Assembly (NCBI RefSeq): GCF_006345805.1 | Contig: NC_043025.1 | Span: 9,114,001-9,178,000, forward strand | DNA length: 64,000 bases | Direction: 5' to 3' | From: Octopus sinensis | Lineage: Eukaryota | Part shown: one piece after another, positions 1 through 12,751 of the stretch | Position numbering within the stretch: position 1 is the stretch's first letter | How the letters are laid out: each line of letters starts with the position of its first letter | Program-made: the position numbers and the translations under genes | Notes under the pieces: generated by a model | Databases searched by the model: none | Seen by the model: only the letters and a program-made list of their open reading frames with translations | What the model was told of the DNA's origin: nothing

Positions 1-83
1 ATTATTTTTAATATATTATTATTATTATTATTTATTATTATTATTATTATTATATTTTTAATATTATTATATATTATTTTTAA

Positions 84-118
<35 letters not shown>

Positions 119-127
119 TATTTTTAA

Positions 128-161
<34 letters not shown>

Positions 162-253
162 TTTAATATTATTATTATTATTATATTATTATTATTATTA
201 TTATTATTTTTAATATTATTATTATTTTATTATTATTATTTTTAATATTATTA

Positions 254-290
<37 letters not shown>

Positions 291-295
291 TTTAA

Positions 296-326
<31 letters not shown>

Positions 327-330
327 TTAA

Positions 331-365
<35 letters not shown>

Positions 366-370
366 TATTA
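1..370. repeat. (ATT)n microsatellite interrupted by TATTTTTAAT units
   Basis: Direct sequence inspection. Confidence 0.95.
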
Positions 371-590
371 AGGCATCGAACTGGCAGAATCGGTTGCACG
401 CTTAACGAAATGCATAGCAGTATTTTACCTGTCGCTACGTTCTGAGATCAAATTCCGCTGAGGTTGACTTTGTATTTCAACTTTTTCGGGTCGATAAATT
501 AAGTACCAGTGATACACTGGGGTAGATGTAATCGATTCATCCCCTCTTCCCAAATGTCAGGCCTTGTGCTTTTATTATCATAATGAATAT
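371..590 (+). mobile_element. tRNA-derived SINE (same family as the 12.75-14.9 kb array)
   Basis: Head CTGGCAGAATC..., B-box-like GTTCTGAGATCAAATTCC, body GGGTCGATAAATTAAGTACCAG shared with copies at 4.2, 7.5, 9.2 and 12.8 kb. Confidence 0.85.
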
Positions 591-878
591 TTTACTTCTC
601 AGAGTTGTCGGTCTTACTTGTTCATCTAATTCTGTGAGAGCGGACAGTGTTGGGTCGGGAAAAGCACCAAGCGAAATACCTTAAGTTTGTGTTAAATCTT
701 CAGCAGGCGTCTAATTTGGGTTTCACCCTTCTGGGTTTGTAAACCTAAAATACCAACGAAGTATTGACATTGATATAGTTAACCATATACCACCACCCTG
801 CAAAACAATATGTATTTAAGACAATGTATCAATCTCAGAAATCAGTAACCTGTTGCCGTTGTTGTATTATTATTGTAG

Positions 879-1023
879 GCAGTGGCTGCCCTCTTACATT
901 ACTTCCTTCTGACATCTCTCGCGTGGATGAGTGTTGAAGCTTTCCATGTCTATCTAAGTGTGGTCGTTGTATTCAAAACATGGGAGACGTCTTTTATGAA
1001 GAAGAGTGCAATTTTGGCCTGGG
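879..1023 (+). CDS. Adhesion/secretin-family GPCR exon (TM3 to start of TM4)
   Basis: ttgtag acceptor at 873-878, GTATGT donor at 1024; translates AVAALLHYFLLTSLAWMSVEAFHVYLSVVVVFKTWETSFMKKSAILAWG, matching the family-2 7TM TM3 pattern LHYFxL...WMxxEA; phase 0 to 1. Confidence 0.92.
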
Positions 1024-3210
1024 GTATGTATAATCGCTTTCTGGCTTTGTCTCAAACTTTATATCTTACGCAAATATTATTTCTTTTCTCTCTCCTTCCC
1101 TCACACACACACACACACGCACACACACACGCACACACACACACATTCTCCTTATTTCGTTTTTTGTGTTTGAAATTACTTGATGGTAAAAGGTTCACTT
1201 GAATGATTCAAAACCAGTATATCTGGATCTTATTCATTTCATTGCGCCAAATATGTTGAAGGGAAAAGTAAGCCTAGACAGTTATTGAACTCTGAATACA
1301 AAACACTGTTAACCATATTTCTTTAAGTGGATGTTATCCAGTAGGGGTTCCGTTTATATTTCCGTATTATTTTGTTCTAACTTTACAGAGATCATTCACA
1401 ATCACATCTAGGAGAGTGCTGTATGTCCTGAATCCTCTACATCATTATCAATCTTACAATATTTAGAAACACTTTTGAAGCTAGTAATTAAAATCTCGTT
1501 GCTTTAAATAGCCTCGGTTTAGTTTACAGATTTGTATCACAGTAAAATCCAGCCACATTGAACTCTGAGTGAAAACATCCCTACCTTACTGTTGTAGTTT
1601 GGTGCTACTTCAGAACTGATTAAGCAGACCTATGGTTAAAAACGTTCTGTCGATGATTATCTTGTCAATAATCAAACACTAAACTATTCAATTTATTCTT
1701 CCATTTAGAAAGACTGAAGAATGGTACTTAAAGAAATTTAGCTAGTCTTTCTAACACGCTGAACAAAGTACAGAAATTTAAACCTTTTTTGACAGTTTAA
1801 ATTTTGTAGTATTATTGTGTAGCGTAGGTAAATACCCAGGTTATGGTGGATTACTATATATCGTACATTGAAAATGGGTGAGATTTTAAGCTAAACTCCA
1901 GAGGAACCAATGGAAACATGGACTGAGAGGTCTGGTGGACTCACATCTGATGTGAAACATTCTTAGCTTATATTTTCATTTCGGTGAAGAAAAGAGATGA
2001 CACAGAAGCTAACAACAAATAATCAAACATCTTCACTCGGTGTTTTACTTGTGTAATTTGATGAGAGTTGCATGTAGACTGTTCATCTTGATTTGGCGAA
2101 GAATTTAAATAAGACTCAAGGTTGTGGGTCCAATATTATATTTAGACGAAACCACTGCAAAATACCTTATTGTTGATGTCGCTATTTGACCTCAGATTAA
2201 CTCTACTGATTCATGAGCAATGACGTTCTTGACGTGACCATTCTCTCTTTTTAGACATAGTTTATCATAGGTGACATAATCCAATATGTTATTAATTTCC
2301 TAAAATACTGTAAATTATTGTTCCTCAAATATTAGGCTTTTATTTCTTAGCAGATCAATAGACCATGTAGGAGTTCCCTCTTAATAATGTTTGCAATCTG
2401 GTCATGAACGCAGAAAATTCAAAATATGTCATCTTTTAGAGAGTGACACAAAAAGAACACTTGTTTTAACGTAACTTGGAACAAGGAAAATGTCAATTGC
2501 CTAAATACCTCAATGAATGAGTTGTGGAAAAAAGATATTAATTTTTACTTAATCAACATGGTAGTTCAATCAAGAATAAAGACAGATGAAGTACATATAT
2601 TATTGGGATCGAATAGATTGGTAAACTGGCAAGATGTTGGAAGTAGTTGAAAAGAGATGCATACGCGTGGATACAAAGATGAATGAAATTATATTATATA
2701 TACATCCGTGATGAAATGTAAATTATAGAGAACAAAAGCACACCCTCCTTGTTCTAGCTTGTTGGGTAGGCTAAAGTTATTTGAATTTTCATGCAAATAG
2801 TTACAGTCTGATCTCGTCTCTTGACAGAAATCTAAGAGTTATCCATTCTGCACTTTCACCGGACATGCGAAGTAATATGTGAAGTTGGTGACAGTGAATT
2901 TTTACTACCCGACCAGGCCATTTAATCTTCATAAGTTTGTCCAAATCGTTTTTACATTTTATTATTGGTTCCCATTGAAACATATTGTTGAAAGAATCCA
3001 TATTGCATATTACTGGTACCTATTTCCAAGAAACCAAAGGAGAAAATGGCATGAAGTGATGAGTGTGTGATACGAAATAAAATATTCATTTCTTTTGAAC
3101 TCGACAGTTTTTCTGAACAAAAACATTGTCAACAAAATCATATAAGAAGGATTTTAAATATTAATTAATATCTAGAGATTTATATTCATTTCTGTAAATG
3201 TCGTTATCAG

Positions 3211-3283
3211 GTCTTCCAGCTGTCATCGTTATAATTACCCTGGCAATTAACTCCACAGACAATTACATCAAAATCGCAGAGGT
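3211..3283 (+). CDS. Adhesion GPCR exon (TM4/ECL2)
   Basis: ttatcag acceptor, GTAAGT donor at 3284; continues in phase from the previous exon: (G)LPAVIVIITLAINSTDNYIKIAE(V); phase 1 to 2. Confidence 0.9.
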
Positions 3284-3562
3284 GTAAGTATTCTCTTTTT
3301 CGTTCACCTCATTTTCTCTGCTCTTCACAACTAATATTATTGCTATATATATATTTACCCCTTTAGTATTGTAGAATACTAGGTCAGCTAGCATCAAGCC
3401 ACGACTTTGATTGCTGGTAGTAAACGTACTTCAATATCATTGTTAATGCTTTTGTTCTAAGACTCATGAATATCAATGATTTCATTTGTGTTTCTCCTCT
3501 CTTCAATCTAATAAGACCAAATATCTACTGATGAAAGCAACATACAAAAATATAAACAAAAC

Positions 3563-3964
<402 letters not shown>

Positions 3965-4176
3965 AATCCAAACATGAACAAGCAAGAAAAAACAATAACG
4001 CGAGGACGTGGAACAATTACTGTTATTGGGTACTCAGGAAAGGAAAGAAAAGAAAGAGAATTTCACGTTTCGAGCGGAGCTCTTCATCAGAAATACAGAA
4101 AAAGTCCAAAGAAGGAAAGACGGAGAAAGAAAATCACCAACAATACACACGCGGTCACATATTGAAATGACCGGAA

Positions 4177-4320
4177 CTGCCGCTACGTTCTGAGTTCAAA
4201 TTCCCTCGAGATCGACTTTGCATTTCATCATTTCGGTGCCGATAAATTAAGTACCAGTTACATACTGGAGTCGATCTCCCCCGAAATTTCAGGCCTTGGG
4301 CTTATAACAGAAATGCATAT
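4177..4320 (+). mobile_element. 5'-truncated SINE
   Basis: CTACGTTCTGAGTTCAAATTCC...GATAAATTAAGTACCAG core shared with other copies in the window. Confidence 0.8.
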
Positions 4321-4606
4321 TTTCTTTATATAATTTGTTAAAAATCATTTTTATTAAATTCCCTCTTAAATTGAAATGACATAGACTCACTTCTGTGCTA
4401 TTCTCATCTCCATATCTTATATATATATATACAAATTTCATATGTATAGACCTCTAATCTTTTGTCAACCTGTGTGTGCGTGTGTGTGTGTCTGTGTGTG
4501 TGTGCGTGTGTGTGTGTCTGTGTGTGTGTGTGTGTGCGTGTGTGTGTGTGTATTTCTGAGTGTCTGGATATCGAAAGGCCCAATAAAATACTTTACTCAT
4601 TAACGT

Positions 4607-4855
4607 AGGCGCAGGAGTGGCTGTGTGGTTAGTAGCTTGTTTACCAACCACATGGTTCTGGGTTCAGTCCCACTGCGTGGTACCTTGGGCAAGGTCTTCT
4701 ACTATAAGCCTCGGGCCGACCAATGCCTGTGAGTGGATTTGGTAGACAGAAACTGAAGGAAGCCTGTCGTATATATGTATATATCTAAATATATATATAC
4801 ATATATACGACGGGCTTCTTTCAGTTTCTGTCTACCAAATCCACTCACAAGGCTT

Positions 4856-4944
<89 letters not shown>

Positions 4945-5135
4945 TGTCTGTGTTTGTCCCTCCAGACGTTGCTAGTGTGTTTATGTCCCCGTCACTTAGC
5001 GGTTCGGCAAAGAGACCGATAGAATAAGTACTGGGCTTACAAAGAATAAGTGATGGGGTCGAGTTGCTTGAATAAAGGCGGTGCTCCAGCATGGCCGCAG
5101 TCAAATGACTGAAACAAGTAAAAGAGTAAAGAGAG
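4607..5135 (+). mobile_element. Composite tRNA-derived SINE (head - TA/TG/GA microsatellite - tail) with internal inverted segment
   Basis: Head GGAGTGGCTGTGTGG...GGTTCAGTCCC (A/B-box-like), also at 59.4 kb; tail CTTAGCGGTTCGGCA...CAGCATGGCCGCAG; 4794-4853 is the reverse complement of 4725-4783. Confidence 0.8.
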
Positions 5136-5280
5136 TACATAATTTGTCGCAAGTATGAGACATTTTTTCGTTTCGTTTTGGATCGAAATCACTCCACATA
5201 AATCCTTGTGTGATACTTCATTTTATTGGCTGAATATCTGATGAATTTCTTTTCTTCATTGCTTTCTGTTTTCTTTGTAG

Positions 5281-5667
5281 CTGTTGGTTAAACAACCTTC
5301 TTTCTTTGCTGCTTTCCTGACTCCCGTTGTGATGGTCCTCATCTTCACTTTATCATTTTTTCTCGTGTGATAAAACGTCTCATATCAACGCAAAGAAACA
5401 AGAGATTTGAACACAAAAGAAGAAAAGTGCGTGTTTTGGGCCTGGTTGGTTTGATGTTTTTGCTTGGATTCACATGGGTCTTTGCATTCTTCGCTGTTAG
5501 CAGAGCGACAAAAGTGTTTGATTATCTTTTTTCTATATTCAATACCCTTCAAGGAATGTTTATCTTCACATTCTATTGTCTATACAAGAAAGATACCAGA
5601 GATATCATCAAAGAGTCCGTGAATAAACGAAAGAGAGCGAATCCCAGGAGAGTTGTCGCCGGCAGAA
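5281..5667 (+). CDS. Adhesion GPCR exon (ECL2 Cys-Trp, TM5-TM7, proximal tail); two -1 frameshifts as assembled
   Basis: Strong acceptor ttttctttgtag gives (V)CWL in phase; adding one A near 5291 and one A near 5347 restores CWLKQPSFFAAFLTPVVMVLIFNFIIFSRVIKR...LMFLLGFTWVFAFF...YLFSIFNTLQGMFIFTFYC; LLGxTW and NxLQGxFIF are family-2 TM6/TM7 motifs; GTAAGT donor at 5668. Confidence 0.85.
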
Positions 5668-5906
5668 GTAAGTGCGATTTGTGTTGGGTTTTTTTTTATT
5701 CATTGCACTGTGAGAACCATCGCCAATATTGTAGTGATAGTGATAATCACAAACACCATTTCTAACAACGCAGTCACTTTTAGGATAGACATCATCAAAA
5801 TATCAACACTGCTGTTGTCGTCGCAATCATCGTCGTCATCATCATCATCATAATCACTACCTTCATCATCATCGTCGGTGTCGTCTTCGTTGTCGACGTC
5901 GTCCAG

Positions 5907-5959
5907 ATGGGTGGAACACATACGCCACAGAAACCGGGAAACGGGACCCATGAGCCTGG
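5907..5959 (+). CDS. Candidate small GPCR tail exon
   Basis: cgtcgtccag acceptor, in-phase NGWNTYATETG...; stops at TGA 5951 as assembled, or reaches the GTAGGC donor at 5960 in phase 1 if one base is missing. Inference only. Confidence 0.35.
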
Positions 5960-6015
5960 GTAGGCTTGAAAAGGGCGACGTTTATCGTTTATATATATAT
6001 ATATTATATATATAT

Positions 6016-6095
<80 letters not shown>

Positions 6096-6295
6096 TAGAA
6101 CGTTTGGAGATGATGTACAGGTATTTAATATTAGAAGAAATGAGGTACTCAGAATTCGGATGGATTTATATTTACAGATATTTATTTGTATATTACATGT
6201 TTTTTATACATCATATAACTTATATCATATATCATATATTAGCGCTTTTGTCTATTGTGGTGGAGTTTTCAAATTGAACTAAGTATATATATATA

Positions 6296-6327
<32 letters not shown>

Positions 6328-6364
6328 TAATATATATGTGTGTGTGTGTGTGTGTATGTATATG

Positions 6365-6405
<41 letters not shown>

Positions 6406-6999
6406 AGCTTATTTGTCAACAGAATGTGGCAGTCCTACACTGGAACGTGTTACTGTTGTTGAGCTCCAAGAAACATCCTTTCCTGCTGCCTACAGATGTA
6501 TTTCTCGTTACGGGATCAGCGATTATGTCGATTTAAAAAGTACATAGAATGAGCAGTTTGAGTAAGCTCCCATCACTGACCTGTGATTATCTCACACCGA
6601 ATACGGGAAACAACCCCGAAACATAGGTCTGTGGGTATCATAAGGCTAGAAATGGGGACGATGAACTCCGTTGCTCATGCTATCCTAGACGAACACAAAC
6701 TGTATGTCGGTGGCCTGCTGGAAAAAGCGTTTCCCTGAGGCTAAACAACAGTAAGATCATCCTATGTAGGACTGTCACATTCTGTTCACAAATTAAACTT
6801 ACTGTTCGATACCCCGTTACATATCTCTCGCTCAAAGATCTAAAACTAGTTGATTTTCTCTCATATATATAATTATATATATATATTTAAATATATATAT
6901 ATAAATATATACATATATATATATATATATATAAATATACTATATTTATATATATTATATATATATATATATATATATGTAACTATACTATATATACAT

Positions 7000-7038
<39 letters not shown>

Positions 7039-7093
7039 CATATGTAAAATATGTATATATATAAATCATATTATATATATATATATATATATA

Positions 7094-7132
<39 letters not shown>

Positions 7133-7196
7133 ATATACAAGCCAGGAATTAACAAGTTTAAAATTAATATTTTATATCGTTTTCTCGTGTTTCCAG

Positions 7197-7243
7197 GATT
7201 TGGTAATGAAATCGAGGATAGAACAGCAGAAACAAATTTCTAA
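7197..7243 (+). CDS. Candidate terminal GPCR exon
   Basis: Strong acceptor tttctcgtgtttccag; phase-1 reading (x)FGNEIEDRTAETNF-TAA, compatible with the phase-1 donors at 5668 or 5960. Confidence 0.55.
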
Positions 7244-7471
7244 ATGAAAATTGAAAAAGTGCCTTCAAAAATCGCTTCGATAATATTTTACGTCATAAAA
7301 TAATATTTTCTCCATATATGATATTAAATAAAATATATAATATAAATATAAATATATAATATTAAATATAATAATACTCTTAAATATGAATATATAATAT
7401 TAAATATAAATATTAATATTAAATATAAATATATACTCTTAAGTATGAATATTAAATATGAATATATAATA

Positions 7472-7600
7472 TTCTTTTCTCTAGGCACAAGGTCGGAAAT
7501 GTTGAGGGTGGGCGCCAGTCGATTAGATTGACCCCAGTACGCAACTGGTATCTAATTCATCCATCCCGAAAGGATGAAAGCAAAGTCAACCTCGACGGAA
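7472..7600 (-). mobile_element. SINE fragment
   Basis: Reverse complement of the GAGGTTGACTTTGCTTTCATCCTTTCGGG core. Confidence 0.75.
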
Positions 7601-8445
7601 TATAAATATATAATTTTGAATATAAATATTCAATATATTTGCTTGTTAAGAAACTATATTTGTACCTTTTGGTTCAACACTATGCAACCGAGAGACTGCA
7701 TAATCCACAATAATATAATCTTAAATGTTTAGTTTTCGGCTTTTTTTATTACTCTATATCTGTATCCTATGACCCGTCGTAACATTTCTATTTAGCCTAT
7801 TGCTTGAAACACAGGAAAACAGAAAATGTTGTTTTGATTTGAAACTGTGTTGATATTCTTTCTTATTGCCACTTTAATGTTATCAATGTAAGCCTTAAAA
7901 TTGTTGAATAAAGGATTAAATCTGACTTATTGCTGCCTTTGTTTTTTTAGATGAAATAATGTAATAGTGTAGTCTAAGTTCAAATACGGCCTGGAGGGGC
8001 AGTGATTTCATCTCTTATTTTAAACATGCCACTAAAAAGTTGAAAACCTGCAAGATATATCCAACTGATAAGATTTATAATCGTTTATCTAATTATTAGG
8101 TCTTTCAACTCTCGTTGTTCTAGCAATGAATGTTTCACAAACAATTATTTCCATCTGTCTTTTAACACATTCATGTCTACTTTCACTGCACAAATGTCAC
8201 AACAACACGTGACTGCACATGCCAAAATGTCTACATTGAAGTTAGACTATTTAGGCTGCAATATATTGGTATCCAACGTATTTTAACATCCGAGGATACA
8301 AGTCTCCCCACTGAACGAGATGCCTGATTGTCGTAAGATTAAACCACGGTTGTTGCTGGTACTCCTTTTCAGATGAGTGCACTGAAAGTGTCTTTCTCGT
8401 GGATACAACGCACCGAACCAATGGCCATGCACCTTTATATACATA

Positions 8446-9110
8446 TACTGGGTTAGCAAAAAAGTGCGTAGCGTTTTTTAAGTAAAATTCATTTACAATA
8501 ATCAGGTAGCTGTACATACCTTTACTCAACTACATATTTTCCATTTTACTCCACTACCTTTCGCCATCTCTAAGGCAGCTTCACGATCCCTTCCTCCCAG
8601 CACTTGGTATCATTCTGGCTGTTGAATCGATGTAAGATTTTATAGAACTGAACTTCTTCACAGCAAGGATCAGAATAGATGATAATCAGAAATTGCAAGG
8701 TCAGGTGAGTATGGTGGGTAGGGTTGGACATTCCATCCAAGCTGTGCCAATTTCTGCCTGGTCTGCAAAGAAACGTGTGGTCTAGCGTTGTCCGGATGTA
8801 AGACGGTACCTTTTCGGTTGGACAATTCCGGACGATTTTCATCAATTGCCTCCTTTTATCAGTCTAATCTGGAACAATAGTAGTCTGAAAGTAACGTCTG
8901 ATTTTGTGAACGTAGCTCGTAATATAAAATACCCTTCCAATCTCACCAGATATAGAGCATCACCTTCTTTGGAGACATTTTGTCTTATGGTGACAAAATT
9001 ATTTTTCCATAACTGCAGGACAATAGTCAATGATCCTGAGCCGGTGAACATGGTTCAAAACTCAATAACAGCCTCGCTACAAACGATAGAGTAGTAAGAG
9101 ACATTTTCGA
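8446..9110 (-). mobile_element. Degraded mariner transposon
   Basis: Minus frame reads HPDNARPHVSLQTRQKLAQLGWNVQPYPPYSPDLAISDYHLF* (mariner DNARPH and YSPDLAPSD motifs); TIR-like tactgggttagcaaaaaagt at about 8446. Confidence 0.85.
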
Positions 9111-9142
9111 CGAGAAGCCCAATATGAGAATTTTGCCCATTC

Positions 9143-9556
9143 TGTTTCTTTATTGCCCACAAGGGGCTAAACATAGAGGGGACAACAAGGACAGAGAAAC
9201 GGATTAAGTCGATTAGATCGACCCCTGTGCGTAACTGGTACTTAATTTATCGACCCCGAATGGATGAAAGGCAAAGTCGACCTCGGCGGAATTTGAACTC
9301 AGAACGTAACGGCAGACGAAAAACCTATTTCTTTACTACCCAGAAGGGGCTAACACAGAGAGACAAACAAGGACAGACAAACGGATTAAGTCGATTAGAT
9401 CGACCCCAGTGCGTAACTGGTACTTAATTTATCGACCCCGAAAAGATGAAAGGCAAAGTCGACCTCGGCAGAATTTGAACTCAGAACATAACGGCAGACG
9501 AAATACGGCTACGCATTTCACCCGGCGTGCTAACGTTTCTGCCAGCTCGCCGCCTT
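9143..9556 (-). mobile_element. SINE with internally duplicated body and 15-bp target-site duplication
   Basis: Two tandem body units; GAATTTTGCCCATTC at both 9128-9142 and 9557-9571. Confidence 0.92.
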
Positions 9557-10433
9557 GAATTTTGCCCATTCATACAGGATACTTACACAGATTAGTAGCT
9601 TGAACAATACCTGCTCTGTTTCAGTTTGTGCTAACTTATCTTTGCGGATCAGATGTTCGCAAGTCTGTGGCGAATGAAAACAAAGTATCGAAGTAAATCG
9701 AAAATTTAAAACGATCTACGCCATGCGTATACGATGACTCTTTCGCAAAGAAGTGGAGAACGAAGACAATAAAAAAGAAATCCAACAATGACAGGTTTCT
9801 CATTGACTGTGACCTTCATCTGAATAAAATAAACGACAAAGTCCTGGTATTTTATTGAACATTTTCTTTATTGAAATATGTTTTAGTAACTTCAGTTTGT
9901 TAAATAAACCATTACGTTATCCACTTCCATTCTACGAATCTGTAATTAAGATCGTTCCGCTGACCTCCCTGAATGGGGGGGAGCGAGCCTGTTTTCTCTC
10001 GGTAGTTGCTGTGGCGATAGAGATAGAATGGAAGACGAGAGTGAAAGGAATTGCAACAGGCATGTTCATCTCCAGTCTCGAGCTAATCGACTTTTTCGCT
10101 TTCCACATGAAACGGAAAAATAAGGCTGGAGAAGAAATGCCTGTCGCAAAGTGTGTTTCGTAAAAGATGGAAGTCTATAGCAAGTATGTTGCGAGTGAAA
10201 GAACCTGTTTAAACGAGAATATATAAAAAGGAGAAAGCAAAGTCTTCAGTGTGAGTATGTGGTTTGTGGGGTCGACTGCGTCCTCCGCTTCATTTTTTTG
10301 TTAATCACTCATTCTCATTTAACTGTATATATTTTAATTGTTTGTTTATTCATACATTTCGTCTCATTCGATACCCTGACCTCAATGTTTGTTTTGTCTG
10401 TCCTCGTATCGTCCCCTCTTTTCCTCAAACTTA

Positions 10434-10814
10434 TCTTTATATATAAAAGTGAAGTTGTGTGTCTGTCTACTCCGATTTAGATTCCTAACTACTCCAACAT
10501 TTTGCGGTGCAGTTTAACCAAATTCGGGTATCTTATAGTCGTGATTCATATCGAGCCCTTCTGGGTATTAGTGCGCGTCTACGATGAGTCTACGATTTTA
10601 AAAATAATTTAACATAATTTTTTTCCATTTTAACGCATATTTTTTTAATAAAGGGAAGTAACTCTCTAAAATGTCTACGATGAGTCAACGATTTTAAAAA
10701 AAATTTACCATAATTTCTTTTCTATTTTTAATGCATCTTTTGGCTATAACTCTCTAAAAATGCCTTATAGTTATTTCCCTTACAAACCCGAGTAACGCCG
10801 GGCGATACTGCTAG
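10434..10814 (+). mobile_element. Non-autonomous Helitron
   Basis: 5' TC after A10433, 3' CTAG before T10815 (A|T target), subterminal hairpin cccg-agtaacgc-cggg at 10787-10802, internal tandem subrepeat. Confidence 0.8.
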
Positions 10815-11089
10815 TGGTGAATAAGGAAATAGTCTACATATTTAACGCATTTAAACAAACATTATAGAAACTAGAGAACTATAGAACGAAATCCAAGACA
10901 TAATCTATTAGACATGCAAGAGTTTATGTTATTCGCTAGTCATTAGGTCGACAAACTTTGGAACAAGATTAAAGACAATAATCTATTATATGGAGAAATT
11001 ATGATGCAACGAAAAACTCGCGTTAGTTATGTGAAAGACAGTTACTATTTGTCTAACTTCACTAGCATCACACCATACATACATACATA

Positions 11090-11722
11090 TATAATGGCTG
11101 CCCCCTCGTTATCGAGTATGGCCATTGCACGAAGCTTAACTGTTATTGGTGCTGTGATCGAATGTGGCTTTTATTTGCTTTTTTAGGCTACAGCCCGCCA
11201 TTCAGTTGAGACTCACAGCACCATCAACAATCATGAACAATGTTGTTATCGTGCAATGCCTGTGTAAGAAGATTTTTTTTAAGTGAGGAAAGGCTGTGCA
11301 CTGAGTCAATCCCACTCACTAAGCAACAGGAGCCATAATCCGAAAAGAAGAACAAGTCAACATCATCGGTAACCACTGAGCCGCAGATTTTAGTTTGGAG
11401 TTATCCCAGTTACCTGAGTTACCTTCTCCTAGAAGGATGCCCTATTAAAGGCTAGGAGTCCTTCACTCCCAATGGTTTAACCGCGCGATCGGGTATTCAG
11501 TCCAATTATTTCTATGTCCCCGCGCATGATACAGCCCTGAGACATTTATTGGATGGCCGTTGACTCTCAAGAGTTCCTCCGCCCTTTGACGGGTTTTGTT
11601 TTTCATCCCGTAGGGTGTCCAGTAAACACCCTCCTCACCAAGTAAGCTTGGTGGGGTTGCCGGTTTAGTCGCCGACGGCCCGATCATGCAACAGGTTGTA
11701 CTGGGTTACATGTTACCAGTAG
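11090..11722. mobile_element. Dispersed repeat, probably LINE (RTE-type) untranslated-region remnants
   Basis: GC-richer block bounded by (CATA)n; resemblance recalled from memory only. Confidence 0.35.
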
Positions 11723-12308
11723 CACTCGAAAGTGACCTGACATATACACGCATACATACATACATACATACATACGTACACACATACACACATACATACA
11801 TACATACATACATACATACATCCTGTTGTAATGTGGGTTTCTCCCACCAGTGTGATGTGTGACTGCCATTGTATGGTAGTTACTGTTTTACACTAGTAGC
11901 CACAATAGTAACTAGTCATCGGATACCGTTGTATCTCTTACTGGAATAGTAATACAGGAACTACCTCTTGCCATTTTTGTACATTATTAGGATCTTTTCC
12001 TTTTGAAGGCCAGATTTCAACACAATTTCTAGTTAACTAAACACTTTAAAACTTCGTATACTGGTAGAATGTGTCAAAAGAAAACATTATTTTCACTTGG
12101 CTTTCTTGATAAATTTGTAATTCGTTTGTTTAACGTAGTTTAATTTTTCGAATTTTAACCAATCCTATGCTCTCTTTTGAGCTAAAATCATTTGCTGCGT
12201 CTAAAACTGAGACAACATCCTGTCACTAACCCTAACCCTCACCTTAACCCTAATTTTTTTTTCTTAATTGTTAAATTAATCTAATTGTTACGCGTGTAAA
12301 AAAAACTA

Positions 12309-12472
12309 AAGCAATGGAAAATAATTTAAACAATTAACATACAAAATAATTCTATAATTTTTATACACACGCTTTCCGTAACACACGCTTTCCGTATACG
12401 TACGGAAAGCGTGTGTATAAAAATTATAGAATTATTTTGTATGTTAATTGTTTAAATTATTTTCCATTGCTT
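12309..12472. repeat. Perfect 72-bp inverted repeat with 20-nt spacer
   Basis: 12309-12380 is the exact reverse complement of 12401-12472; the spacer duplicates the last 16 nt of the left arm. Confidence 0.95.
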
Positions 12473-12630
12473 AGATGACGCTTCCACGAGAGATTTTGAG
12501 CTCTCATAACGAGGCGAGTGTAGGTTCCATCCAACCGCCTCTCAAGCTTCTTCGACAACGTCCAGGTTTCTGAGCCATATAGTAGAAGTGGTTCGACTGT
12601 GGCTTGAAAGGAACAGGGTTTCAAGACGTC
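12470..12630 (-). mobile_element. RTE/RTEX-type LINE reverse-transcriptase C-terminal fragment
   Basis: FQATVEPLLLYGSETWTLSKKLERRLDGTYTRLVMRAQNLSWKRH (LLYGxETW motif). Confidence 0.85.
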
Positions 12631-12751
12631 GATGAAATCCAAGGAAATGCGACGAGGCAGCCGCTCGCTATTCCCAAAATGGAGATGCAGGAATGGTCCC
12701 ATCAAGGGAAACGACGCTGGATAAAGTGTGTGTCTGCGAAAGAGACTAAAT

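Noticed and set aside
5700-5951. Acidic poly-Asp ORF on minus and poly-Ser ORF on plus (similar at 32.7 and 55.1-55.5 kb)
   Set aside because: (CAT/CGT)n trinucleotide repeats in introns.
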